Shown here: positions 24,782 through 32,000 of the stretch, piece after piece
Position numbering within the stretch: position 1 is the first letter of the stretch
Layout of the letters: every line of letters starts with the position of its first letter
Notes under the pieces: model-generated
What the model saw: only the letters and a program-made list of their open reading frames with translations
What the model was told of the DNA's origin: nothing
Databases searched by the model: none
Source: a bacterium
GTDB taxonomy: Bacteria > UBP7 > UBA6624 > JBBIMK01
DNA length: 32,000 nucleotides
Assembly (NCBI GenBank): GCA_037444445.1
Contig: JBBIMK010000018.1
Location: 1-32,000 of the forward strand
Direction of reading: 5' to 3'
Translations under genes and position numbers: made by a program

Positions 24782-25425
24782 AATACGGATTCTTGATAAC
24801 CCTGGAGGGAATAGAAGGGAGTGGCAAGAGCACTCAGGCGAAACTGCTTTTCAAAAAATTTCAAGAGCGAGGGATTGCCGTAGAATTGACGCAGGAGCCG
24901 GGGGGCTCTCATCTGGGGAATGCCCTTCGGCACGCTCTTCTGAAAGGTCCGCCCGTTCATCCACTCACCGAATTGTTTCTCTTTCTTGCGGACCGGAATG
25001 AGCACTGGTGGGAAGTGATTCAGCCGGCACTGGCAGATGGAAAAGTGGTCATCATTGACCGCTTCCTGGATTCCACAGTGGCTTACCAGGGCTATGGCAG
25101 AGGGATTAACCTGGACATCATTCACCATCTGAATCATCTTATTTTAAACGGGGAAGAACCGGATGTGACTATCCTTCTGGACATCTCTCAGAGGGGGGGG
25201 CTGGATCGTCTTCAGGGAGAAAAAGACCGGATCGAAAAGGAGGACCCCGCCTTCCACCTCCGGGTACGAGAAGGCTACTTAAAAGAAGCGGAGAAGAACC
25301 CCACCCGTTACCTGATATATGATGCTTCCCTGGACCCGGATGCGCTATCCGTCAAAATTTTTCAGGATGTCTGGGAACGATACCAGAACTGGCTCACCCG
25401 GGCACAAAGAGGCAAGAATTCTTGA
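24772..25425 (+). CDS. tmk: Thymidylate kinase
   Basis: ITLEGIEGSGKSTQ (P-loop) and DRFLDSTVAYQGYGRG. ATG 24778, in an ATGA overlap with the pdxT stop, is an equally good start. Confidence 0.93.
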   Translation: MGMKYGFLITLEGIEGSGKSTQAKLLFKKFQERGIAVELTQEPGGSHLGNALRHALLKGPPVHPLTELFLFLADRNEHWWEVIQPALADGKVVIIDRFLDSTVAYQGYGRGINLDIIHHLNHLILNGEEPDVTILLDISQRGGLDRLQGEKDRIEKEDPAFHLRVREGYLKEAEKNPTRYLIYDASLDPDALSVKIFQDVWERYQNWLTRAQRGKNS

Positions 25426-26366
25426 TTACACCCAATCCGACGGCTCACCGGTTGTTGAAAGAGGTGCTTCACTCCCGGCGAGATGAAGGCACCTTTCTAT
25501 TTTACGGGCCGGAGGGGAGCGGCTTACTCCGTAGCGCCCTGAACTTCGTCCTCGCTTCTGCCTGCGAACGCCGGGAAGAATTGAAGGCGGAACAAGACTG
25601 GTGTGGTCAATGTTCCTCCTGCAAGCAAATCCATCGGTTAACTTACCCGGACCTGCTGGTCGTTCGTCGTGTGAAAAAAGAGATTCAGATTGATATGATT
25701 CGTCATGCTCTCTACTGGACGAAATTAAAAGCCTTTTGTAATAAGCGTTATCTGGTGATAGAGGAAGCGGAGAGAATGAATGCAGAAACGGCCAACGCGG
25801 CTCTGAAGTTATTTGAAGAGCCAGCAGAAAAAGTGGTGTTAATCCTGACGGCTCATCACCCCTGGCTCCTGCTTCCCACGGTGCTTTCTCGCGCCTTCAA
25901 AGTGTTCGCCCTGCCTCCCTCCCCTCACGACCTGCGGGGGTCTATGGATAGCCTCTCCCTCTTCTATGATGGACGAGAGGAATCTATTCAGAAGTGGAAA
26001 CCTCTTTTTGAATCCCTCCGGAAGCCGACTTTTGACTTCTATTTACTGTGGCGCCAGGGTGCCCACTGGATGAGTCTGGTAAATTACCTTCAGCAAACGC
26101 CGGAGTTATACAGCGATGCAGAGCCACTGGATTTGACTTTTCGGCTTCTGGTGGGTTTCCTGCGGGATGAGATGACCCTGGGAAACGGTGGAAATAACCT
26201 GCTTTTCCCGGAGCATCAGGAATCACTGAAAGATTTGCATGCCACTCAACCTCTTCCCAACCCTGTTCAGGTGCTGGAGGCTTTTTATCGTGCGAGAATT
26301 CTGCTATACTCTACTCGGATGAATCGTCAGTTGTTGCTGGAACGAGCCATGCTGGAGGCTGGATGA
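25422..26366 (+). CDS. holB: DNA polymerase III subunit delta'
   Basis: FLFYGPEGSGLLRSA, Zn module CGQCSSCKQI, IEEAERMN, LSRAF, and a position after tmk. The TTG start forms a TTGA overlap. Confidence 0.85.
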   Translation: MITPNPTAHRLLKEVLHSRRDEGTFLFYGPEGSGLLRSALNFVLASACERREELKAEQDWCGQCSSCKQIHRLTYPDLLVVRRVKKEIQIDMIRHALYWTKLKAFCNKRYLVIEEAERMNAETANAALKLFEEPAEKVVLILTAHHPWLLLPTVLSRAFKVFALPPSPHDLRGSMDSLSLFYDGREESIQKWKPLFESLRKPTFDFYLLWRQGAHWMSLVNYLQQTPELYSDAEPLDLTFRLLVGFLRDEMTLGNGGNNLLFPEHQESLKDLHATQPLPNPVQVLEAFYRARILLYSTRMNRQLLLERAMLEAG

Positions 26367-27199
26367 ACATGCAGAGCGTGGAGGTCAGTCTTCATAAAAC
26401 CAAAGATATTGTACTGGCAGATGCGGGTTTTCTATCCGTCCATCCACGGATGATGGTTCTGGTGGAGGAGGGGCGCGGAGTGGATGCAGGGCGGGTGATA
26501 TCTGCCCCCCGGTTTGTGGAGGAGAACTCTCATTCTCTCCCGAAAATCCTTCGCATCCTGACAACCCAGGACTTGAACCGTCTGGCTTCGTTAGAAAAAA
26601 GGGAGCCCGCCGCTGTGAGCACCTGCGAGACTCTCGTGAAAGAATTGAACCTTCCTATAAAAATTATCGCGGCCGAATATACGCTGGATACCACCCGGCT
26701 CATCTTTTACTTTCTGTCGGAGGAACGGGTAGATTTTCGTGAACTGGTTCGGCGATTGGCAGGGATTTATAAGCGGCGAATAGAAATGCGGCAGGTCGGA
26801 CCCCGGGATGTAACCCGAATCTACGGCGGAATCGGCTCCTGCGGCCGGCCTACCTGCTGTTCCTCCCACCTGAAAAACTTTGAGAGAGTGTCGGGTGAGA
26901 TGGCGGAAATGCAATTTTTGCCCACTACATCCAGCAAGATTTTGGGGCTCTGCGGGCTTTTGAAATGCTGTCTACGCTACGAATATCCTGCCTATCAGGC
27001 GATAGGGTTGCGGTTGCCTCCGATGGGAGGAAAAGTCCTTTCCCCGCAAGGAGAAGGGCTGGTGATTGGCGTGGATGTTTATAACGAAATCGCGACCTTG
27101 AAAATTCTGGGCACTACGGAAGTGGTGAAATTCCCTTTTCACGAACTATCCAGGCCCTTCCAGGGAGGATGTATGGACCGTGCAGAGAGAACGAATTAA
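26363..27199 (+). CDS. ricT: PSP1 domain protein (RicT/YaaT family)
   Basis: RIEMRQVGPRDVTRIYGGIGSCGRPTCCSSHLKNFERVS...KILGLCGLLKCCLRYEY shows the PSP1 C-terminal Cys pattern. The gene sits in the tmk-holB-yaaT synteny seen in Firmicutes. Confidence 0.88.
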   Translation: MNMQSVEVSLHKTKDIVLADAGFLSVHPRMMVLVEEGRGVDAGRVISAPRFVEENSHSLPKILRILTTQDLNRLASLEKREPAAVSTCETLVKELNLPIKIIAAEYTLDTTRLIFYFLSEERVDFRELVRRLAGIYKRRIEMRQVGPRDVTRIYGGIGSCGRPTCCSSHLKNFERVSGEMAEMQFLPTTSSKILGLCGLLKCCLRYEYPAYQAIGLRLPPMGGKVLSPQGEGLVIGVDVYNEIATLKILGTTEVVKFPFHELSRPFQGGCMDRAERTN

Positions 27200-27202
27200 A
27201 TC

Positions 27203-27289
27203 TGGTGCCGAAGGGGGGAGTCGAACCCCCACGGGCTTTCACCCACTACACCCTGAATGTAGCGCGTCTGCCAGTTCCGCCACTTCGGC
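27203..27289 (-). tRNA. tRNA-Leu (anticodon CAG), class II with long variable arm, CCA encoded
   Basis: The reverse complement reads GCCGAAGTGGCGGAACTGGCAGACGCGCTACATTCAGGGTGTAGTGGGTGAAAGCCCGTGGGGGTTCGACTCCCCCCTTCGGCACCA. The acceptor is GCCGAAG/CTTCGGC. The anticodon stem is CTACA/TGTAG with loop TTCAGGG. The T arm is GGGGG-TTCGACT-CCCCC. The variable arm is 14 nt and the total length is 87 nt. Confidence 0.93.
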
Positions 27290-27300
27290 ACATCACTTTT

Positions 27301-27329
27301 ATTCTATCTCACTCGCTCTCGCCCGTCAA
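27301..27329 (-). promoter_or_regulatory. Sigma70-type promoter for the tRNA-Leu gene (TTGACG-17 nt-TAGAAT on the minus strand)
   Basis: The minus strand reads CTTGACGGGCGAGAGCGAGTGAGATAGAATAAAAGTGATGT and then the tRNA 5' G. The -35 is plus 27324-27329 and the -10 is plus 27301-27306. The -10 ends 11 nt before the mature 5' end. Confidence 0.5.
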
Positions 27330-27331
27330 GC

Positions 27332-28522
27332 ATGACGCTACCGCAGATACTCCTGCTGATAAAAGTGTTAAGCCTTCTCATCCTTATTCTTTTTGTTCTA
27401 CTGGTTTATGTGATTTTTCGGGCTATTGTTAGAGGGTTAAGCCTGCTGGATAAGTATCTCCTCTCGGAAACTTTACTGTGGCTTTTTCCTGTTTATTTGG
27501 GATTCATTATTGTAATGGTAGGGAATGATTTCTTCTTGATGGTGGGATGGATAATAGAAAAGCAAATTCCTCCTGCTATTGTGATGAAACTGCTATTTCT
27601 GCGTGCTCCAATATGGATGGCACTGGGAATCCCCGTAGCGGTCCTGTTCTCGGTTCTACTCGGCATAGGCAGGCTTGCTAACGACAATGAAATCAGCGCT
27701 CTGAGAACCAGCGGGGTGAGCCTCATACGAATGTTAATTCCCCTTCTTTTCGTGGGAATTTTTGCCAGTTATGCCACCTGGTATATCAATGAAAAAATAG
27801 TACCCCCAAATCTGAAAGCCTATTATCAGTTATCCGTTCAATGGGGTGCTTCTTCAGTGATGGAAACCATCAAACCTCAGCGGTTCTTATCAGCCCCCAA
27901 AAACCGGTATTTTTATTTTAATCAGGTAGATGTGGAGAACAACCGCGCCTATGGTGTGATGATGCTGGATTTTGAAGGGAGTTTATACCCCCGCCGGATA
28001 GTTGCGGCTAAATTGGCCGTGATTGAGGAAAATATCCTGCATCTGGAGAATGTGAGAGAAATGCGATTCACGATGGATGGCCGATTGGAAGCCATTTCTC
28101 AATCGCTAAATAATTCCATAGATGTGGGGAGAGATGTTGTTCAGAATATCCGACCCCCGGAAAATCCTGTTACCCAGTCTTTCCTGGAACTGACCTCCTC
28201 CTGTAAGAAGAAAGCGAAAGCAGGTTCTCCCAAAAAGGATATAGACATCTGCATTACGGAGAAGCACTTCAAATTGTCCCTCCCTCTCGTGGCATTGATG
28301 ATGGTGCTGGTGGCATTCCCACTGTCCGCTCGAGCCACCCGTGGTGCTCGTTATCTGGCACTATTTTATAGTATATTTTTATATGGCTTGTATTATATCC
28401 TGAACAGCGGAACCAAGATACTGGGATACAGTGGCATAGTTCCGGCTGCCCTGGCTGGATGGCTCACCACCGGGACCTTCTTTGTCATCGGGCTATTTTT
28501 GCTTATTCGGGGAGAACGATGA
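27332..28522 (+). CDS. LPS export ABC transporter permease, LptF/LptG (YjgP/YjgQ) family
   Basis: The LDKYLLSETLLWLF start motif, an IGRLANDNEISALRTSGVSL loop, three N-terminal TM segments, a roughly 170 aa periplasmic insert, and three C-terminal TM segments. The start is uncertain. ATG 27332 has no Shine-Dalgarno and abuts the tRNA promoter; GTG 27410 is an alternative. Confidence 0.85.
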   Translation: MTLPQILLLIKVLSLLILILFVLLVYVIFRAIVRGLSLLDKYLLSETLLWLFPVYLGFIIVMVGNDFFLMVGWIIEKQIPPAIVMKLLFLRAPIWMALGIPVAVLFSVLLGIGRLANDNEISALRTSGVSLIRMLIPLLFVGIFASYATWYINEKIVPPNLKAYYQLSVQWGASSVMETIKPQRFLSAPKNRYFYFNQVDVENNRAYGVMMLDFEGSLYPRRIVAAKLAVIEENILHLENVREMRFTMDGRLEAISQSLNNSIDVGRDVVQNIRPPENPVTQSFLELTSSCKKKAKAGSPKKDIDICITEKHFKLSLPLVALMMVLVAFPLSARATRGARYLALFYSIFLYGLYYILNSGTKILGYSGIVPAALAGWLTTGTFFVIGLFLLIRGER

Positions 28523-30765
28523 GAGCCTTTCGTTTTCCTCTGCTCATTCTTTTTTTCTATTTTTTCCTGCTTTCCACCGCCCGGGGGCAACTTTTTAAGA
28601 TTACCTTTGAAGCGGAGAATTTTACCACGATGGATGAAGGGGATTCCTTCTACGGCTGGGGCGGGTCAAAAGTCTCCTTCGCCGAAACCAGCCTGGAAGC
28701 CGAGGAACTGCTGTTGATGAAAAAGGAGGGGAAAATCGTCGCCAAAGGCGATGTGAAAATGAGCAAGCCCGGACTGGGCGTATTCGCAGAGGAAATGGTC
28801 ATTGACTTCTATTCCGGCTATTTTGAAATGCGGAATGCCTCTGGCTACTTCACCGTGGAAACTGCTCCCAACGAACTTTTCTATTTCTCTGGCGAAGAAT
28901 TAAAGGGCTACCCCAATCGGTTTATCGCCAGAAAAGCCTATATCACCAGTTGCTCTTTTGACTGCCCCCAGGAATACCATATCCAGGGAAGCAAAGCGGT
29001 GGTGAAGCCGGGGAAAAGCATGGAGGTCTGGAATGCCTCCGGCTGGGTAGGCTCCATTCCCATCCTCTACCTGCCTTATATGTACATTGACTTGACCGAA
29101 CGGAACAGCCGATGGCAGGCTTTAGTGGGAAAGAACAAAACGGAAGGAAAATTTTTGAAATCCTCCTATACTTACGCCATGCGCCCCTCGTTTATCGGGA
29201 TTCTTTTCTTTGATTGGATGCAGAAAAAGGGCACTCGCTATGCTATTCAAGACACCTATCGTGTCAGGCGATTTGGCGACCAGTTAGGCTCTTTCTCTTA
29301 TTCAACGAATAAAGACAAACTCACGAAGCGACGCAATGAATCCTGGAGCCTGAAACAGGGATTTCTCAAAGGAAAACTGAAATCCGATATAACCTTACAG
29401 CGGAATAACACTTACAATACCACAGGACCCCGGGCAAATAACTTTAACTCCTCTTTCAGTTTAAGTGGTATCAACCCCAACTTTAATTTCGGGTATACCC
29501 AAACGGGCGGAACCTCAAAATCCCTCAATCTGACTGGAAAGATGGGCGATACCCGGAAGATTTTCGGATTCTCTTCCAATCTCACTTTGAACTTTACAGG
29601 CAGCAAATCCGCTCAAAAGGCAATGAACCAGGAACTGACTCTCAACCAGACCTTCACCGGCAAACCCGGTAAACTTTTTTCTAACTTGACGATTACCGTC
29701 GCCAAGCGATGGGACCTGGATGGTTCAAAATTTACAGGAGACCCCTTTACCGGTATGGACAAGTTCCCCGAAATGAAATTCTCATTGAACCCCAAACTTT
29801 TCCAGGATTCCTTGTTGAAAAAACTATTCCTTTTATCGGCGGTCAATTTCACCCTTGCAGCACAGAAGACTCAGACTGCTACGAGACAGGTTAAAGATTT
29901 GGTGCTGGGAGAAACGGAACTAAGCCAGCAGGCAAATATCAAATTTTCTAAAAGCCTTGGCCTTACGCTCGGCCACCGGTTCACTCAGGGGATATATGGA
30001 ACCGGGGATGCCAAGTATGGGGTTCAGCCTCAGGCTACTCTCCGGTGGGACCACTCCAGGACCTTCCACAGCAATTTTGTTTATGGCTACAGCCGGGAGC
30101 ACGGTAACAACCCCCTTCGCGGGGGTGCTATCGCCGGGCAGAATAATCTCACCTATAACCTGAATGCTGGCAGAAGTCCGAAATGGAGCTTCACGCTTGG
30201 TACCGGTTTCAACTACAATGATAATAAATTCTCTCCTCTCACCTTCAGTTATAACCCAAAGCCCAGCCGAAACTTTAATCTCATTCTTTCTTCCGGGTAT
30301 GACCTGGAAAATAATAAATTTTCAGACCTCACTTACAAGCAAACTCTGGATAAGAAACAGGGCTGGCTTTTCTGGGATGCGGGTTTCAGTTATAGCATTG
30401 AAAAGAACAAATTTCAGCGCTTTGACACTACATTGAGAATGAACCTGAGTGGGGGGTACAATATCCAGACCAAAGGGTCCTGGACCCCCACAGATAAGGT
30501 GCCTTTTATTAAAGAAATCATTCTGAACAAGCAAAATTGCTGCACCTTTTATCAACTTGTTTATCGGTCGCAAACCAAAGAGATATTCCTCAACTGGGGC
30601 ATTACTGCCTTTCCCCAGTATTTCGTCGGTCTGTCGCATGGGGATGAAGGTCTTCTATTTACCCACATTCCGGGCAGGGAATTCGTGGAGAAAGGCGTGG
30701 GAGGGCCCCCGGCATCGGGCGTTGGGACTGGAGGTGGTTATAGCGGTGGCTATTCGTCGTATTAA
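28519..30765 (+). CDS. lptD: LPS-assembly outer membrane protein LptD (OstA family)
   Basis: Signal peptide MRAFRFPLLILFFYFFLLSTARGQ. An OstA-like N-terminal jellyroll (EAEELLLMKKEGKIVAKGDVKM...AEEMVIDFYSG...ARKAYITSC...EYHIQGSKAVV...IPILYLPYMY). A long region of alternating beta-strand-like sequence rich in N, S, T, G, Y and F, ending in an aromatic residue. The ATG forms an ATGA overlap with the lptF/G stop. The track start at 28459 is rejected. Confidence 0.85.
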   Translation: MRAFRFPLLILFFYFFLLSTARGQLFKITFEAENFTTMDEGDSFYGWGGSKVSFAETSLEAEELLLMKKEGKIVAKGDVKMSKPGLGVFAEEMVIDFYSGYFEMRNASGYFTVETAPNELFYFSGEELKGYPNRFIARKAYITSCSFDCPQEYHIQGSKAVVKPGKSMEVWNASGWVGSIPILYLPYMYIDLTERNSRWQALVGKNKTEGKFLKSSYTYAMRPSFIGILFFDWMQKKGTRYAIQDTYRVRRFGDQLGSFSYSTNKDKLTKRRNESWSLKQGFLKGKLKSDITLQRNNTYNTTGPRANNFNSSFSLSGINPNFNFGYTQTGGTSKSLNLTGKMGDTRKIFGFSSNLTLNFTGSKSAQKAMNQELTLNQTFTGKPGKLFSNLTITVAKRWDLDGSKFTGDPFTGMDKFPEMKFSLNPKLFQDSLLKKLFLLSAVNFTLAAQKTQTATRQVKDLVLGETELSQQANIKFSKSLGLTLGHRFTQGIYGTGDAKYGVQPQATLRWDHSRTFHSNFVYGYSREHGNNPLRGGAIAGQNNLTYNLNAGRSPKWSFTLGTGFNYNDNKFSPLTFSYNPKPSRNFNLILSSGYDLENNKFSDLTYKQTLDKKQGWLFWDAGFSYSIEKNKFQRFDTTLRMNLSGGYNIQTKGSWTPTDKVPFIKEIILNKQNCCTFYQLVYRSQTKEIFLNWGITAFPQYFVGLSHGDEGLLFTHIPGREFVEKGVGGPPASGVGTGGGYSGGYSSY

Positions 30766-31513
30766 CCGGCTTATTCTCACAGGATTCTTCCTGCCTGTCC
30801 TCCTTCCCTCCTGCGCCCGAACCAATATTCCGGAACCCCCCAGAAAACAGATAGAAATAACTGTGGCAATGAATGGCACTCTTGACCCTGCTCTCTTCTA
30901 CTTCATCGTATTCCAGGTGGATAACAACCCGGGTGATGGACCTTCTCCGGATGTTTCCGGGGAAAAGCGTGCCAGAAACTGGTCCTGTTATATCCTCTTT
31001 ACCGGTGATACTCGCCTCGTGGGCGGTGTAGAGACCTTCCTGTACAAAGCCATTGACCCGACGAACTCCGATGATAAGTTCGCTCTTCCCGCTCCCCTCA
31101 TCAATCAGCCTTTCTCCATTTTTCCGTATACCCGAAAATTTTCAAGAAGCATTCGGGGGCAAGCCCGCACGAGCAATGCCCTGGTCGTCCTGCTGGAGCG
31201 GGATGAGTTTTTAGGCCCCTCTACCGCCCAGAACCCCACTCCCTGCTTGATGAACTCTCAGCAAACCTTCACCCGTTTTGATATTACTTTCCTCGTGGCA
31301 ACGGCAGGCGTGGATGAAATCACCAATCCCCCTACCCCTCCAGAACCGGGTCAGGTCTGGGATGCTATTGATTCCCTGTATATTCAGATTAACAACACGA
31401 ACCCGGGTCAGTTATACAATGCAGACCTCAACGCGAGTGCTGAAAACCAGGTATTGGACGACGCCCCTGTCCCTGCCGCCGACATCAAATGGTGGGAAGT
31501 TCGCTTCAAGTAA
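30746..31513 (+). CDS. Putative lipoprotein, unknown family, translationally coupled to lptD
   Basis: GTG 30746 lies 11 nt after GGAGG (30730-30734). The N-terminus is MAIRRINRLILTGFFLPVLLPSC, with a positive n-region, a hydrophobic core and a lipobox-like LPSC. It overlaps the lptD 3' end by 20 nt. I recognise no motif in the mature part. Confidence 0.6.
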   Translation: MAIRRINRLILTGFFLPVLLPSCARTNIPEPPRKQIEITVAMNGTLDPALFYFIVFQVDNNPGDGPSPDVSGEKRARNWSCYILFTGDTRLVGGVETFLYKAIDPTNSDDKFALPAPLINQPFSIFPYTRKFSRSIRGQARTSNALVVLLERDEFLGPSTAQNPTPCLMNSQQTFTRFDITFLVATAGVDEITNPPTPPEPGQVWDAIDSLYIQINNTNPGQLYNADLNASAENQVLDDAPVPAADIKWWEVRFK

Positions 31514-31520
31514 TGCTCTC

Positions 31521-32000
31521 ATGAAGTTTCCCCTTCGTTTTCCCCCTCTGCCATCAGCACTATTGCTTGCTTTTCTCTTTTCCCTCCCGGCTGTGATTCA
31601 ACGATTCAATGTGGAATCCAAAGATAAACAGATTCTGCTGCTGATAGACCATCGTTCATATTTTCGCCTCGCCATCCTGAAAGGGCTCACCCTTTCCGAT
31701 TACCTGAAAGATATACAGCCTCTGGGTGTCCTTGTTCTGGAGGAAGAAACCTTTGAAGATTTACTCCAGCGGGGCGACCTGACTATCCAACCGGAGGGTA
31801 GCACTCTGCGGATTTCGTCCACAAGCCAGCAAACTTTGAACAGGGCTGGGCAAGCCTTAACCCTCCATTTTCCCGGTTCTGTTTCTGTTACTCCAGAGCG
31901 AAATGCTTATCGTTTTCAGGGAACCTATGAAGACTTAAGGAAGACCGGCGCTCTGTTTGACCCTGAACTGCTGGAGCAGTTGAAGGAATATCCTATCCCC
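31521..32000 (+). CDS. Hypothetical protein with N-terminal signal/anchor, 3' partial (runs off the window)
   Basis: I translated the frame from ATG 31521 by hand and it is open to nt 32000 (160 codons): MKFPLRFPPLPSALLLAFLFSLPAVIQRFNVESKDKQILLLIDHRSYF... It is absent from the ORF track because no stop falls in the window. No confident family assignment. Confidence 0.55.
   Translation, partial: MKFPLRFPPLPSALLLAFLFSLPAVIQRFNVESKDKQILLLIDHRSYFRLAILKGLTLSDYLKDIQPLGVLVLEEETFEDLLQRGDLTIQPEGSTLRISSTSQQTLNRAGQALTLHFPGSVSVTPERNAYRFQGTYEDLRKTGALFDPELLEQLKEYPIP

Noticed and set aside
27169-27432. 87 aa + strand ORF crossing the ricT/lptF intergenic region
   Set aside because: It runs straight through the tRNA-Leu gene on the opposite strand and continues out of frame into lptF/G. 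There is no Shine-Dalgarno and no motif.
28459-28518. Longer start for lptD at 28459
   Set aside because: It would overlap the lptF/G C-terminal TM helix. ATG 28519 gives a textbook signal peptide and an ATGA stop/start overlap.
30557-30745. Longer start for the post-lptD lipoprotein ORF at 30557
   Set aside because: The extension lies in an alternative frame inside the lptD barrel-coding region. GTG 30746 has a GGAGG at ideal spacing and yields a signal peptide.
1-32000. CRISPR arrays, IS elements or transposases, integrases, prophage genes, rRNA, long direct or inverted repeats
   Set aside because: Reading the intergenic regions and the ORF translations shows none. A computational repeat search (self dot plot) would be needed to exclude short dispersed repeats.

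Overview
This 32 kb window comes from a diderm bacterium of unclear lineage; I cannot place it without a database search. It has about 28 protein genes, all on the + strand, and one tRNA-Leu(CAG) on the - strand. No CRISPR array, transposase, integrase or rRNA is visible. Most of the window is recognisable housekeeping. One run is infB-DUF503-rbfA-nrnA-truB-hisC. A second is dnaX-ebfC-recR-pdxS-pdxT-tmk-holB-ricT. A third is lptF/G-lptD. Stop/start overlaps (ATGA, GTGA, TTGA) are frequent and suggest long translationally coupled operons. The non-routine content is as follows. (1) At 1565-9398 a three-gene cluster pairs a GlcD-like FAD dehydrogenase fused to a 2x[4Fe-4S] module with an unusually arranged split glutamate-synthase-like enzyme. 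The FMN subunit carries a tandem duplication of ferredoxin plus TIM barrel, with a degenerate first copy. The glutamine amidotransferase and GXGXG domains are fused in one protein, and the catalytic Cys lies behind a propeptide. No GltD-type NAD(P)H subunit is present. (2) Just upstream, a near-consensus promoter drives a roughly 80 nt structured RNA ending in a strong intrinsic terminator, followed by a long polypurine tract. (3) At the left edge, a cysteine-rich CX3C-repeat protein is followed by two small polytopic membrane proteins in a low-GC segment. (4) An unrecognised lipoprotein-like gene is translationally coupled to lptD and is a candidate LptE analogue. (5) A possibly leaderless infB lacks nusA upstream. 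Functional calls rest on motifs I can read in the translations. Whether anything here is novel cannot be judged without database searches.
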